DNA from: a virus
Lineage: Duplodnaviria; Caudoviricetes
Length of the DNA: 36,247 nucleotides
Strand: one strand, 5' to 3'
IMG/VR virus record: IMGVR_UViG_3300020044_002592
Span: 1-36,247 of that record
Position numbers and translations under genes: made by a program. The notes below the pieces were generated by a model. That model was not told the DNA's origin and searched no databases. It saw nothing but the letters and a program-made list of their open reading frames with translations. Below are positions 1-8,105 of this stretch, piece after piece (position 1 is the stretch's first letter; every line of letters begins with the position of its first letter).

Positions 1-263
1 TTATATGCTGGATCACCTTGATGTCGTCGCCCTTGTTTAAGAAGACGCATTTGGGTGATGCAGTTCTTCAGAACTGCTGTCCCTGAACTGTATTGGCCTG
101 TTGCAGGCTCATAGGTGGAGGTTATCCAGTAGTACTTGTCGTCTTCGGCTACGAGGTAGCCGACACAGGTGAGGATGCAGTGGTCGTGTTTGGCTTGGGG
201 GATATGCCAGTCATCACCGAGGCTGTAGTGATCTTCCCAGTAGACTTCTACGAGTGGAGGCAT
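1..263 (-). CDS. Hypothetical phage protein, 3'-truncated by window edge (MPPLVEVYWEDHYSLGDDWH...CVGYLVAEDDKYYWI...)
   Basis: Manually translated open frame from ATG at 263 to the window start with no stop; absent from the ORF track; starts 3 nt after the stop of 267-554; the 'VxWED...xVGYLV' pattern is common in small phage proteins. Confidence 0.7.
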   Translation of the reverse strand, partial: MPPLVEVYWEDHYSLGDDWHIPQAKHDHCILTCVGYLVAEDDKYYWITSTYEPATGQYSSGTAVLKNCITQMRLLKQGRRHQGDPAY

Positions 264-266
264 TGT

Positions 267-554
267 TCACCACTTAACTTTATGCGACCAGTATCTTGCG
301 GACATCTTTGATGGGGTTGCATCTTGAGCGTTGTGACGTGCGTAGTAACTCGCACGTCGTGCTTTGTCTTTGGGGGTTTTAGGGTTTGCTCCTGCTCCTG
401 TGACTCCCTGTTGTCCGAACCTGATTGTCTTGACTTGGTCGCCTTCTTTGGCGACCACGACATGTGACTTGGTTGGATGATTAGGGGTACGCTTGGGCGA
501 GTTGAACTTATCAACTCCTGCCCGTGCGAGTCGGGGATCTTTCTTGGAAGCCAT
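267..554 (-). CDS. Basic conserved phage protein (DUF5754-like)
   Basis: KTIRFGQQG...ARRASYYARH...SARYWSHKVKW motif pattern; TAATG coupling with the upstream gene. Confidence 0.7.
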   Translation of the reverse strand: MASKKDPRLARAGVDKFNSPKRTPNHPTKSHVVVAKEGDQVKTIRFGQQGVTGAGANPKTPKDKARRASYYARHNAQDATPSKMSARYWSHKVKW

Positions 555-895
555 TACTTCTTCTTTTTGGTTCCACCAACAGTTTTGATGCGAACTCCAC
601 CTTTGGAGATCTTCCCGTACTTGGTGACAGTTCCAGGCTGCTCATAGACAGCAATGGTCTTTCTCGGGGCAGGCTTCTTCTTCCCTGAGTCTTTATTAGC
701 GAGGCGACGTTCTTCCACGTCGCCGTATACGCCACGAATCAAGGCTGCCTTGCGGGCTTGTGCGCCTTTCGCTTTGCTGTCGGCGCTTCCAGCAACGTCT
801 TTCCCACTGAGGTAGCGTCCAACTTTACGAAGTTGAGCGTCAGCCTCCTGCTTTTCAGATCCACGCTTGTTTGGGGTGCTCTTCTTTGTTGCCAT
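554..895 (-). CDS. Lys-rich hypothetical protein
   Basis: 113-aa ORF translationally coupled on both sides (TAATG); GGAG upstream. Confidence 0.75.
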   Translation of the reverse strand: MATKKSTPNKRGSEKQEADAQLRKVGRYLSGKDVAGSADSKAKGAQARKAALIRGVYGDVEERRLANKDSGKKKPAPRKTIAVYEQPGTVTKYGKISKGGVRIKTVGGTKKKK

Positions 896-1221
896 TACTT
901 TGCGCTCCTTGCACTAAATAGGTTGACGTTGACAGTGCCACTGGTGTAGACACTCATTCGGACACGGAAGAACGGCGAGAATGCGTCGATACGATAAAAC
1001 AATCCGTTTGCAGTTGTGGACACAACTCCTGTAGTTAAAGCAGTGCTGGTTGAGTTAACCAAAGCGACGCTCACCCAGTTGGTGTTATCGTTTGAAACCT
1101 CAAAAATGACAGTGCCAGCCCAAGTGCCAGTCAACTGGACAGAGAAACGATCTGTGTCATCGGTCGAAAGCGCAACTGCAGCGTTCAGCACTCCAAGCGT
1201 TCCTGTAGCAGTTCCTAGCAT
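895..1221 (-). CDS. Hypothetical beta-rich protein, possibly virion-associated
   Basis: GAGGAG SD before ATG; 'SVQLTGTWAGTVIFEVSNDNTNW...FRVR' beta-sandwich-like pattern. Confidence 0.75.
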   Translation of the reverse strand: MLGTATGTLGVLNAAVALSTDDTDRFSVQLTGTWAGTVIFEVSNDNTNWVSVALVNSTSTALTTGVVSTTANGLFYRIDAFSPFFRVRMSVYTSGTVNVNLFSARSAK

Positions 1222-1262
1222 AGTGCTCCTCTTTTCTGTCGTCGCTCTAAGTATGGTTACTG

Positions 1263-1296
1263 TATCCAGTCACGGCGCTGGGCTAGTGACTGGATA
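1263..1296. repeat. 11-bp perfect inverted repeat TATCCAGTCAC-N12-GTGACTGGATA in the divergent intergenic region
   Basis: Read directly: arms 1263-1273 and 1286-1296. Confidence 0.85.
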
Positions 1297-1317
1297 ACTA
1301 TAAGCCCCTATCCTTAG

Positions 1318-1357
1318 CGTTACGCGTTACATGAGTAACGCACCCCCCCAATAAGTA
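1318..1357. promoter_or_regulatory. Putative divergent late promoter: back-to-back GTAACG motifs (GCGTTAC-ATGA-GTAACGC) upstream of terS and of the leftward operon
   Basis: GTAACG at 1335-1340 on + and two copies on - (1318-1330); the same motif precedes other late genes. Confidence 0.55.
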
Positions 1358-1792
1358 ATGGCACTAGAAGAAAACGTCCTAGATCAGAGACAAGAGAACT
1401 ACATCAACTGGCTCTGCACCCCACCGTCAGAGCGGGAGCCTGCTTCCAAGGAGGCGTACGCTGCTCTGATTGGGGTTAACGTGTCTACCCTGCGGAGATG
1501 GGAAAAGAAGGACATTTTCCGTAAGGCGTGGCAATCCCGTGTCGATGACCTTCAAGGCTCTCCTGAGCGATCTCAGAGGCTTCTGGACACGCTCTACGAG
1601 CGTGCAGTGAACGGCGACATTAAGGCAGCCCAACTTTACTTGCAGGCTACAAATAGAATGGCTCCTCAGACTGTCACTGTCAGGTCGGATAAGGCTTCGA
1701 CAGAACTGTCTGATTCTGAGTTGGATGAGTTGATCGGTTTGATGGCTCAACGTGAGCGTGATACAAGGGTTTCGCACCTGAAAGCAATGTAA
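1358..1792 (+). CDS. terS: Putative terminase small subunit (N-terminal HTH)
   Basis: HTH 'SKEAYAALIGVNVSTLRRWEK', 'GDIKAAQLYLQ' and 'ELSDSELDELI' typical of TerS; first gene of the late arm. Confidence 0.75.
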   Translation: MALEENVLDQRQENYINWLCTPPSEREPASKEAYAALIGVNVSTLRRWEKKDIFRKAWQSRVDDLQGSPERSQRLLDTLYERAVNGDIKAAQLYLQATNRMAPQTVTVRSDKASTELSDSELDELIGLMAQRERDTRVSHLKAM

Positions 1793-1795
1793 CGG

Positions 1796-1933
1796 ATGGC
1801 GCATTTAGTTGAGTGCTTGAATTGCGGGGAGGAGTACCCGCCCACGGCTTGCCGTTGGCGGTGTCCTAGTTGTGGTTTTAAGGATTCATGTTGCGACGGG
1901 GAACCGTGTGAACCTGCAAAGGACGAGGAATGA
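1796..1933 (+). CDS. 45-aa Cys-rich zinc-finger protein (MAHLVECLNCGEEYPPTACRWRCPSCGFKDSCCDGEPCEPAKDEE)
   Basis: Manually translated; CxxC...CxxC plus four more Cys; ATGA overlap with the next gene; below the ORF-track size cutoff. Confidence 0.7.
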   Translation: MAHLVECLNCGEEYPPTACRWRCPSCGFKDSCCDGEPCEPAKDEE

Positions 1934-2298
1934 GTATTTCTAACTACTTGGAAAACAAGTTGCTGGACACGTTGCGGAACGTGTCTCTTTCTGTGGCTAC
2001 GGTGTACATCAAGTTGCACATTAGCGACCCTGGAGAAGACGGGACTGCTGTTGGTTCGGCAGCAGCAAACACAAGCCGTCAGTTGGCTACGTTTAGCGCT
2101 GCTTCTGGTGGTTCGATGGCTACTTCTGCTACGATCACTTGGACAACAGTGTCCACGACTGAGGTTTATTCTCATTGGTCTGCATGGGATGCTTCGACCG
2201 CAGGAAACTGTTTGTGGACGGGCGCTTTGTCGTCGTCTGCTTCTGTGACTGCTGGAGATACCTTCCAGATCACTTCGCTGACTCTGACCCTGGACTGA
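1930..2298 (+). CDS. Conserved tail/virion structural protein
   Basis: 'SNYLENKLLD...VYIKLH..DPGE...WDASTAGN.L...GDTFQI..LTLTLD' widespread phage structural pattern; GAGG SD. Confidence 0.75.
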   Translation: MSISNYLENKLLDTLRNVSLSVATVYIKLHISDPGEDGTAVGSAAANTSRQLATFSAASGGSMATSATITWTTVSTTEVYSHWSAWDASTAGNCLWTGALSSSASVTAGDTFQITSLTLTLD

Positions 2299-2302
2299 GT
2301 CT

Positions 2303-3100
2303 ATGGCAACTAACTTTCCTGCGGGGCTTGATAGCCTCACTAATCCCCTTGGTACGGACACGCTTGCGAGTCCGTCCCATTCGTCGCAACACGCTAACGC
2401 TAACGACGCTATTGAAGCCCTGCAGGCTAAAGTTGGTGTAGATAACTCTGCTGTAACTACAAGTATCGATTACAGAATTGAACAGTTAGAGAACGCAACT
2501 CCTCCCGAGTCTGTTCCGACTGGGGCTTTGACTGCCTATGGTGGAGCCACTGCTCCCACTGGCTGGCTTTTGTGTGAAGGCCAGGCTGTATCTCGTACGA
2601 CCTACAGCGCTCTGTTTGGTGTTTTAAGTATCACATACGGAACGGGCGATGGTTCGACGACATTCAACCTTCCTGATCTTCGTAGCCGTTTCCCTGTTGG
2701 TAAGGGTACTGCCACTTGGTCTGACACGCTAAATGAGAAGTCTGGTTCTGCTGACGCTATTGTTGTTAGCCACAGCCACACTGGGCCTAGCCACTCTCAC
2801 ACCATTAACCACGGACATACAGCCTCTTCGGGAGCAGCAGGTGGTCACTCCCACACCTACGGCGTGGATGTCAACGCTGCAGCATATGGTTCATCTGGTG
2901 GAACTGGTATTACAACAAGTGCTAACGACCAAACTCGTAGCACTGACGCTGTTGGAGATCACCTTCACTCAGTGACCGTTAACAGCCATTCAGGTTCATC
3001 TGGCACTGATGGAACTGGGGCAACAAGCACAACTGGCGTGAGCGGAACGAACGCCAACCTTCCTCCGTACATCACTCTCAACTACATCATTAAGACCTGA
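2303..3100 (+). CDS. Tail fibre with tail-collar domain and His-x-His tip repeats
   Basis: 'PTGWLLCEGQAVSRTTYSALF...GDGSTTFNLPDLRSRFPVG' collar motif; C-terminal 'NLPPYITLNYIIK'; several HxH motifs. Confidence 0.9.
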   Translation: MATNFPAGLDSLTNPLGTDTLASPSHSSQHANANDAIEALQAKVGVDNSAVTTSIDYRIEQLENATPPESVPTGALTAYGGATAPTGWLLCEGQAVSRTTYSALFGVLSITYGTGDGSTTFNLPDLRSRFPVGKGTATWSDTLNEKSGSADAIVVSHSHTGPSHSHTINHGHTASSGAAGGHSHTYGVDVNAAAYGSSGGTGITTSANDQTRSTDAVGDHLHSVTVNSHSGSSGTDGTGATSTTGVSGTNANLPPYITLNYIIKT

Positions 3101-3108
3101 GGTAAACC

Positions 3109-3309
3109 ATGTGGCATGTGACGGTTGCAGAAGTATTTACTGCAGATAATAACGAGCAGCCTGTTGCTCTTATTCGTCGTGGCGAAGGTGGAACTTATAC
3201 GATTGAGGTTCAACCTGACCGTATTTTGCCTTCCTCTAGTTTGCCTTATCCTCCTGGTGGGGTGTTCGCATCATTTGATGATGCTCTCAATTATGGGCTT
3301 GGTGACTGA
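3109..3309 (+). CDS. Hypothetical protein
   Basis: GAGGT SD; fills the gap; TGATG coupling to the next gene. Confidence 0.65.
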   Translation: MWHVTVAEVFTADNNEQPVALIRRGEGGTYTIEVQPDRILPSSSLPYPPGGVFASFDDALNYGLGD

Positions 3310-3938
3310 TGGCTGACAACGTAGCGATTACAGCGGGTACTGGTACGACTATTGCGACCGATGAGGTTGCGGTTAATGGTGGTACGACCGCTCATGTACA
3401 GTTTGTCAAGTTGGTTGATGGAACGTCGAATGGAACTACTGGTATCCCTGGGGTTGCCAAGGGTTTGCATGTTGTCCCTCACCGTGACATCGTACGCATC
3501 TCTACTGCTTCGTCTGGTTTGACTACAGCAACGACATCATATGCTGCTGGAGATCAGATGGGTGCTCAGTTCACAATCAGCAACGCTGCTAATGCTTCTG
3601 GTGGTGCTGGTTATGTCACTGGTATAACTTTGGTTTCGGCTGCAGACAACATTGGTGCAGTCGATGTAGTGTTGTTTGACTCTTCCGTGACTCTTGCTTC
3701 GGACAATGCTGCCTTTTCTATTTCTGATGCCGATGCTTTGAAGACGATTGCCATTGTTCAGTTGAACGGCGCTTATGACATTGGTGGCAACCGTGTCGCT
3801 CAGGCTTATAACTTGGCTATTCCTTATGTTTGTTCTGGTACTGCGAACCTTTTTGCTGGTTTGATTACTCGTAGTGCTCACACTTTCTTTGGGGCTGCGA
3901 CTGATCTGCAGTTGATCGTTTATGTCGAACAGAGTTAG
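3309..3938 (+). CDS. Putative virion structural/tail-associated protein
   Basis: 209 aa, A/T/G/S-rich; N-terminal 'MADNVAITAGTGTTIATD...HVQFVKL' seen in phage tail modules. Confidence 0.7.
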   Translation: MADNVAITAGTGTTIATDEVAVNGGTTAHVQFVKLVDGTSNGTTGIPGVAKGLHVVPHRDIVRISTASSGLTTATTSYAAGDQMGAQFTISNAANASGGAGYVTGITLVSAADNIGAVDVVLFDSSVTLASDNAAFSISDADALKTIAIVQLNGAYDIGGNRVAQAYNLAIPYVCSGTANLFAGLITRSAHTFFGAATDLQLIVYVEQS

Positions 3939-3940
3939 TT

Positions 3941-4858
3941 ATGTCTTTGACTACACTGAACGCTGGTAGTGGAGCATTTTGGAATAACCTTACAGCCTCA
4001 ACAGACATACTTTTTGAGGTTGGCTCAACAACTGATTACGGTCAAATAAATGTTGTTGGAGGATGGTGGCAAGCCTATGTAGTTGGAAACCGTATTCTTT
4101 GGGCGCATGGCGCTACAGGTCATTCCTTAAACCTTAATTCTCTTGGCGAACTAACAATCGCAATTAATAAAAGCACTACAGATACAACATGGACTACTAG
4201 CAGTTTGGCATTTCCAGCAACCACCTGGATTTTCATTGCAACAGCAATTTATACAGCAAACAACCTTGCAAGTCCAAATGACGTTGCAGCAGTTTTGTGG
4301 ACTGGAACAGAAATTTTGCCACCAACACAAAAAACATTAACAAATAATGTTGCTGGATCTGGATCAATTTCCATACTTGGACAAGGCAACTTTGCCATTA
4401 ACTGTTCGAGTACAACTAGCCAAACGCTTGCTGGTGCTGCTTCGCAAATACATGTTCACCACACAACAGCAGATATACCAGGTTCTGCCATAACTCAAAC
4501 TCTCATAGATCAGACATATGATCTTTATGTTCGACCAATGTGGAATGGAACATTTAGCCCACATAATGTTCATGGTCGACGAGCAGACGGATTCGCTTCT
4601 TTTGGGCCGAGAACAGAAGGAAGCAATGTTTCTAGCACCCTGTACTTCCCATTAGGTTCAAGAACAACAATAGCCAGCGACCACTATTGGCCTGCATATT
4701 CGTATACGTCATTGTCATCTACTGACATAAGTGTTCATCTTTCACAATCAAGTACTGCTGGTACAGAAACTTTTTCTCAAGAGGAACCTGCTGCAGCGAG
4801 ATATGGACGGATAACAACAGGAGCACAAGAGCCAAACCCTGTGTTGATGAGGGTGTAG
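3941..4858 (+). CDS. Putative receptor-binding/lectin-like (ConA/LamG-like) tail protein with atypical composition
   Basis: 305 aa; 'TTWIFIATA' resembles the LamG 'W.H/F.A.T' strand; A-rich with ACA/GCA codons unlike its neighbours. Confidence 0.55.
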   Translation: MSLTTLNAGSGAFWNNLTASTDILFEVGSTTDYGQINVVGGWWQAYVVGNRILWAHGATGHSLNLNSLGELTIAINKSTTDTTWTTSSLAFPATTWIFIATAIYTANNLASPNDVAAVLWTGTEILPPTQKTLTNNVAGSGSISILGQGNFAINCSSTTSQTLAGAASQIHVHHTTADIPGSAITQTLIDQTYDLYVRPMWNGTFSPHNVHGRRADGFASFGPRTEGSNVSSTLYFPLGSRTTIASDHYWPAYSYTSLSSTDISVHLSQSSTAGTETFSQEEPAAARYGRITTGAQEPNPVLMRV

Positions 4859-4861
4859 CAG

Positions 4862-5848
4862 ATGTCGCTGCTGCTTCTTCTTAAGGGTGGCAGTGTCACA
4901 ACATTTGACCGTACGGCAACTGGCACTGGCACTGGGACACAATCAGCAGTAGGGCTGATTGTTAAAGTACGCACAGCCACAGGTTCGGGTGCTGGAACTC
5001 AAACTGCTGCACGACTTGTCACTAGGCCACGAACTGCTACTGGCAGTGGTACTGGTACACAAACGGCAACACGTTTGGCAACTCGTGTCCGTACTGCTAC
5101 AGGTAATGGTGCTGGTACAGAAAGCGCTTCTCGTGTTATTACGAGGTTGCGTACTGCTACTGGTAGCGGAACGGGAACACAGACCGCTATACGGCTCATC
5201 ATTGATCTGCGCACTGCTACTGGCAGTGGGTCTGGGACGCAATCAGCCTCAGGGCTGATCACTAGATCTCGTACTGCTAGTGGTAGTGGTACTGGTAGTC
5301 AGACTGCTATTGGTGGTACTGGAACTTCTGCTTTAGGTTCTGGTGTTGGGTCTGCTACGGCTACTGGACGGCTTACTGCTATAAGGACTGCTACTGGTTC
5401 TGGGCAAGGTAGCCAATCTGCTACAGGCATTCGTGGTGTCGTTAGAAATGCGACTGGTAGTGGTTCTGGTGGTAGTTCTGCTACCCCTGTAGTGATCTTT
5501 ACGATCAGCAGGGTCGCTACTGGCAGTGGGGCTGGAAGTGCTGCGACAGTTCATGTGACTGTCAGGTTGCGTTCTGCTTCTGGTTCTGGTTCTGGCGATT
5601 CGTCGACAGTATTCCAGAGGGAACATTTCAGGTTGGCAACGGGCGCTGGTCTTGGGACTTCTGATGCACTTGCTGGTGGGTTTTTATTCAGGGATGCTAC
5701 TGGTAGTGGTGTTGGAGGGACTGAACTTGCTTTGTGGAATAACCCTGGAGCACCATTGCATGCTGTAATTATCATTAGGCCCAAGAACAGTGTTGGTATA
5801 CCTAAGAACGATCCTCGGGATCAGAAGATGTATCTTAGAAGGAGATAG
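4862..5848 (+). CDS. Gly/Thr-rich protein built of about 14 tandem 20-aa repeats (RTATGSGxGTQxAxxLxxxx)
   Basis: Repeats read directly in the translation; 60-nt periodicity. Confidence 0.8.
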   Translation: MSLLLLLKGGSVTTFDRTATGTGTGTQSAVGLIVKVRTATGSGAGTQTAARLVTRPRTATGSGTGTQTATRLATRVRTATGNGAGTESASRVITRLRTATGSGTGTQTAIRLIIDLRTATGSGSGTQSASGLITRSRTASGSGTGSQTAIGGTGTSALGSGVGSATATGRLTAIRTATGSGQGSQSATGIRGVVRNATGSGSGGSSATPVVIFTISRVATGSGAGSAATVHVTVRLRSASGSGSGDSSTVFQREHFRLATGAGLGTSDALAGGFLFRDATGSGVGGTELALWNNPGAPLHAVIIIRPKNSVGIPKNDPRDQKMYLRRR

Positions 5849-5849
5849 C

Positions 5850-7442
5850 GTGGAACTCTCAGACCTCCTCAATGAGAAGGAATGGCGTATCTGCAGGGGT
5901 GGTAAGGATGCTTCTATCGACGAACTTGTCGAAGCGTTTGAACATTTCTGTAACAACTATTGGTCGATTAAACATCCTGAGCGTGGACGTATTCTGTTTG
6001 AACTTCGTGAGGCTCAGATTGAAACTGTTCGTGCATGGATGACTAACAGATACAGTGTGGTGTTGAAAGCCCGTCAGATTGGGTTCTCCACTTTGGCTGC
6101 AGCGTATGCTTTCTGGTTGACGTTCTTTTGGCCTGACAGGTTTATCGTCATGCTTTCCCGTACGGAACGTGAAGCAACAAAGTTGCTTCAGAAATCCAAG
6201 TACGGCTACAAGTTTCTTCCGCAGTGGATGAAGGTTCGTGGCCCTGAGTTAACGACTGACAACCAGTTGAAGATGACTTTCTCTAATGAGTCTGCTCTTG
6301 AGTCGTTGCCTTCAGGCAACGACCCTGCTCGTGGTGAGTCTGTATATCTAGTGGTTGTGGACGAGATGGCCTTCTTGCCTAACTCTGAGGAGGCGTGGGC
6401 TTCTATCGAACCTATTGCTGACGTTGGTGGTCGTGTCATTTGTTTGAGTACCGCTAATGGTTCTGGCAACTTTTTCCACAGCCTGTGGGTTGGCGCTCAG
6501 ACAGGTACGAACCAGTTCAAGGGCGTGTTTTGGCCTTGGTCTGCTGGTGACCGAAATGAGGATTGGTATGAGGCAAAGGTAAAGTCTTTGCCGTCATGGC
6601 AGTTGCATCAGGAGTATCCAAGAAACCCTGAAGAGGCGTTCATTAAGTCAGGCAACCCCGTCTTCGATGTCGACGCACTGAGACTTCTGCAGGTTGAGCA
6701 GGCAGAACGTGGGTATATCCATGTTCTAGGCAAGAAGAAGATTGAGTTCAGGCAAACCCCTGATGGGGAGTTTGCCGTATACGAATACCCTGAACATGAA
6801 GGCATTTATGTGGTTGGTGCGGACGTTGCTGAGGGCTTGGCCCACGGCGACTATTCGTCTTGCCATGTTGTGGACGCTCGCACGTTGACTGTTGTGGCTC
6901 ACTGGCATGGGCATATTGAACCTGACTTGTTTGGTGATCTTCTATCTGAAATAGGTTTCTGGTATAACGGGGCTTTGGTTGGCGTGGAAAACAACAACCA
7001 TGGTTTGACTACGTTGAAGGCCATGCAGAGGTACGGGTATAAGAACTTGTATCGGACTCGTAGGCTTCAGCAGCGCAATCCTGAGGCTACTGAGATTCTT
7101 GGTTGGAGAACGACGACAGCCACTAAGCCTTTGGCTATTGACGAGTTGGCTGCTGCAGTCCGTGATGGCGAGATAGATCTGAGGGATCAGCGCACTATTC
7201 AGGAGTTAATAAGTTTTGTTAGGGCAACCAATGGTCGTATGCATGGTTCTCCTCATGATGACAGGGTGATGTCTTTGGCTATCACCTGGCAGATGTTGAA
7301 GTACGTCTGGTTACCAGAGTATAAGGCTGATGTCCCACCACCTCAATACAGTTTGTCTTGGTTTGAAAAGTTAATTATTGGGGATGATGAGCCTTTTAGA
7401 AGGGTTCCTATTGGTGCGCATACTGCCAGGAAAACGATGTAA
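5850..7442 (+). CDS. terL: Terminase large subunit
   Basis: Walker A 'LKARQIGFST', Walker B 'VVVDEMAF', coupling motif 'STANG', RNase H-like 'GADVAEG' and 'HDDRVMSLAI'; GTG start at 5850 after AAGGAG. Confidence 0.95.
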   Translation: MELSDLLNEKEWRICRGGKDASIDELVEAFEHFCNNYWSIKHPERGRILFELREAQIETVRAWMTNRYSVVLKARQIGFSTLAAAYAFWLTFFWPDRFIVMLSRTEREATKLLQKSKYGYKFLPQWMKVRGPELTTDNQLKMTFSNESALESLPSGNDPARGESVYLVVVDEMAFLPNSEEAWASIEPIADVGGRVICLSTANGSGNFFHSLWVGAQTGTNQFKGVFWPWSAGDRNEDWYEAKVKSLPSWQLHQEYPRNPEEAFIKSGNPVFDVDALRLLQVEQAERGYIHVLGKKKIEFRQTPDGEFAVYEYPEHEGIYVVGADVAEGLAHGDYSSCHVVDARTLTVVAHWHGHIEPDLFGDLLSEIGFWYNGALVGVENNNHGLTTLKAMQRYGYKNLYRTRRLQQRNPEATEILGWRTTTATKPLAIDELAAAVRDGEIDLRDQRTIQELISFVRATNGRMHGSPHDDRVMSLAITWQMLKYVWLPEYKADVPPPQYSLSWFEKLIIGDDEPFRRVPIGAHTARKTM

Positions 7443-7460
7443 CGAAGCGACTTTATTGTG
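7439..7460 (+). promoter_or_regulatory. Putative late promoter element GTAACG-N11-TTGTG-ATG (its TAA is the terL stop)
   Basis: Matches the motif at 1335, 1789, 9976, 12087 and 15015. Confidence 0.55.
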
Positions 7461-7688
7461 ATGGGTTCTGTGAATTGCCGTGATTGTGGCTCTCTGTTTA
7501 CTTTCGACGTGTTGCCACGTCGGGGTGCTGTGTGCTTCAAATGCCATATTTCCTCTGTACGTCTAGGTTTCAGCCATGGAAAAGAAGATTTCCATGGGCC
7601 TACTATTCGTGAACGTCAACGTCAGCAAGAAGCCCAGGCTTCTGCTGCTGGGATTAAGGCTGAACCAGTCGGGACTCGTTGGGTGTAA
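7458..7688 (+). CDS. Small zinc-ribbon protein
   Basis: CRDC...CFKC; start GTG 7458 or ATG 7461. Confidence 0.75.
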   Translation: MMGSVNCRDCGSLFTFDVLPRRGAVCFKCHISSVRLGFSHGKEDFHGPTIRERQRQQEAQASAAGIKAEPVGTRWV

Positions 7689-7691
7689 GGG

Positions 7692-7892
7692 ATGCATTGG
7701 TGGGTTCCTATTGCTGTTGCCATCATTGGTGGGCCAATGATGTGGGGTTTGCATCGGCTTGAAAGAAGGAACACCCATCAGCATTCTGAAAGTCTCAGTA
7801 CTTTGGGTCGAATTGAGTCAAAGATTGAGAAGTTAGATGATCGACTACATGACCACTTCAGGTGGCATGGACACTGGAAGGAAGACAAGTGA
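7692..7892 (+). CDS. Small membrane protein (N-terminal TM plus coiled coil), holin/lysis-accessory candidate
   Basis: Hydrophobic 'WWVPIAVAIIGGPMMWGL' then 'RIESKIEKLDDRLHDH'. Confidence 0.65.
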   Translation: MHWWVPIAVAIIGGPMMWGLHRLERRNTHQHSESLSTLGRIESKIEKLDDRLHDHFRWHGHWKEDK

Positions 7893-8077
7893 CTTACAAA
7901 GAAGCATTTCATCGGGCAGTTGTAACATTCGTTGCGGGAGCAACTTCAGCACCTATTGGTGCTGCTTTGCTTAACGTCTCGTTTTTTAAGGCAGCAGGTA
8001 TTGCTGGTGTTATTGCAGTGTGGAACTGGGTTGGACGTTCCGCTCAAGCATTCAGGGACAACTCGCTGGTTTATTGA
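7889..8077 (+). CDS. Holin-like protein with two TM segments
   Basis: GTG 7889 overlapping the previous stop; 'RAVVTFVAGA...AAGIAGVIAVW' resembles actinophage holins. Confidence 0.55.
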   Translation: MTYKEAFHRAVVTFVAGATSAPIGAALLNVSFFKAAGIAGVIAVWNWVGRSAQAFRDNSLVY

Positions 8078-8105
8078 TCAGCATTAGGCGAACAGCAGGT
8101 TCATA

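Noticed and set aside
4910-5720. 60-nt periodic repeats as a CRISPR array or DGR template/variable pair
   Set aside because: Repeats are coding and vary at synonymous sites; no cas operon or reverse transcriptase
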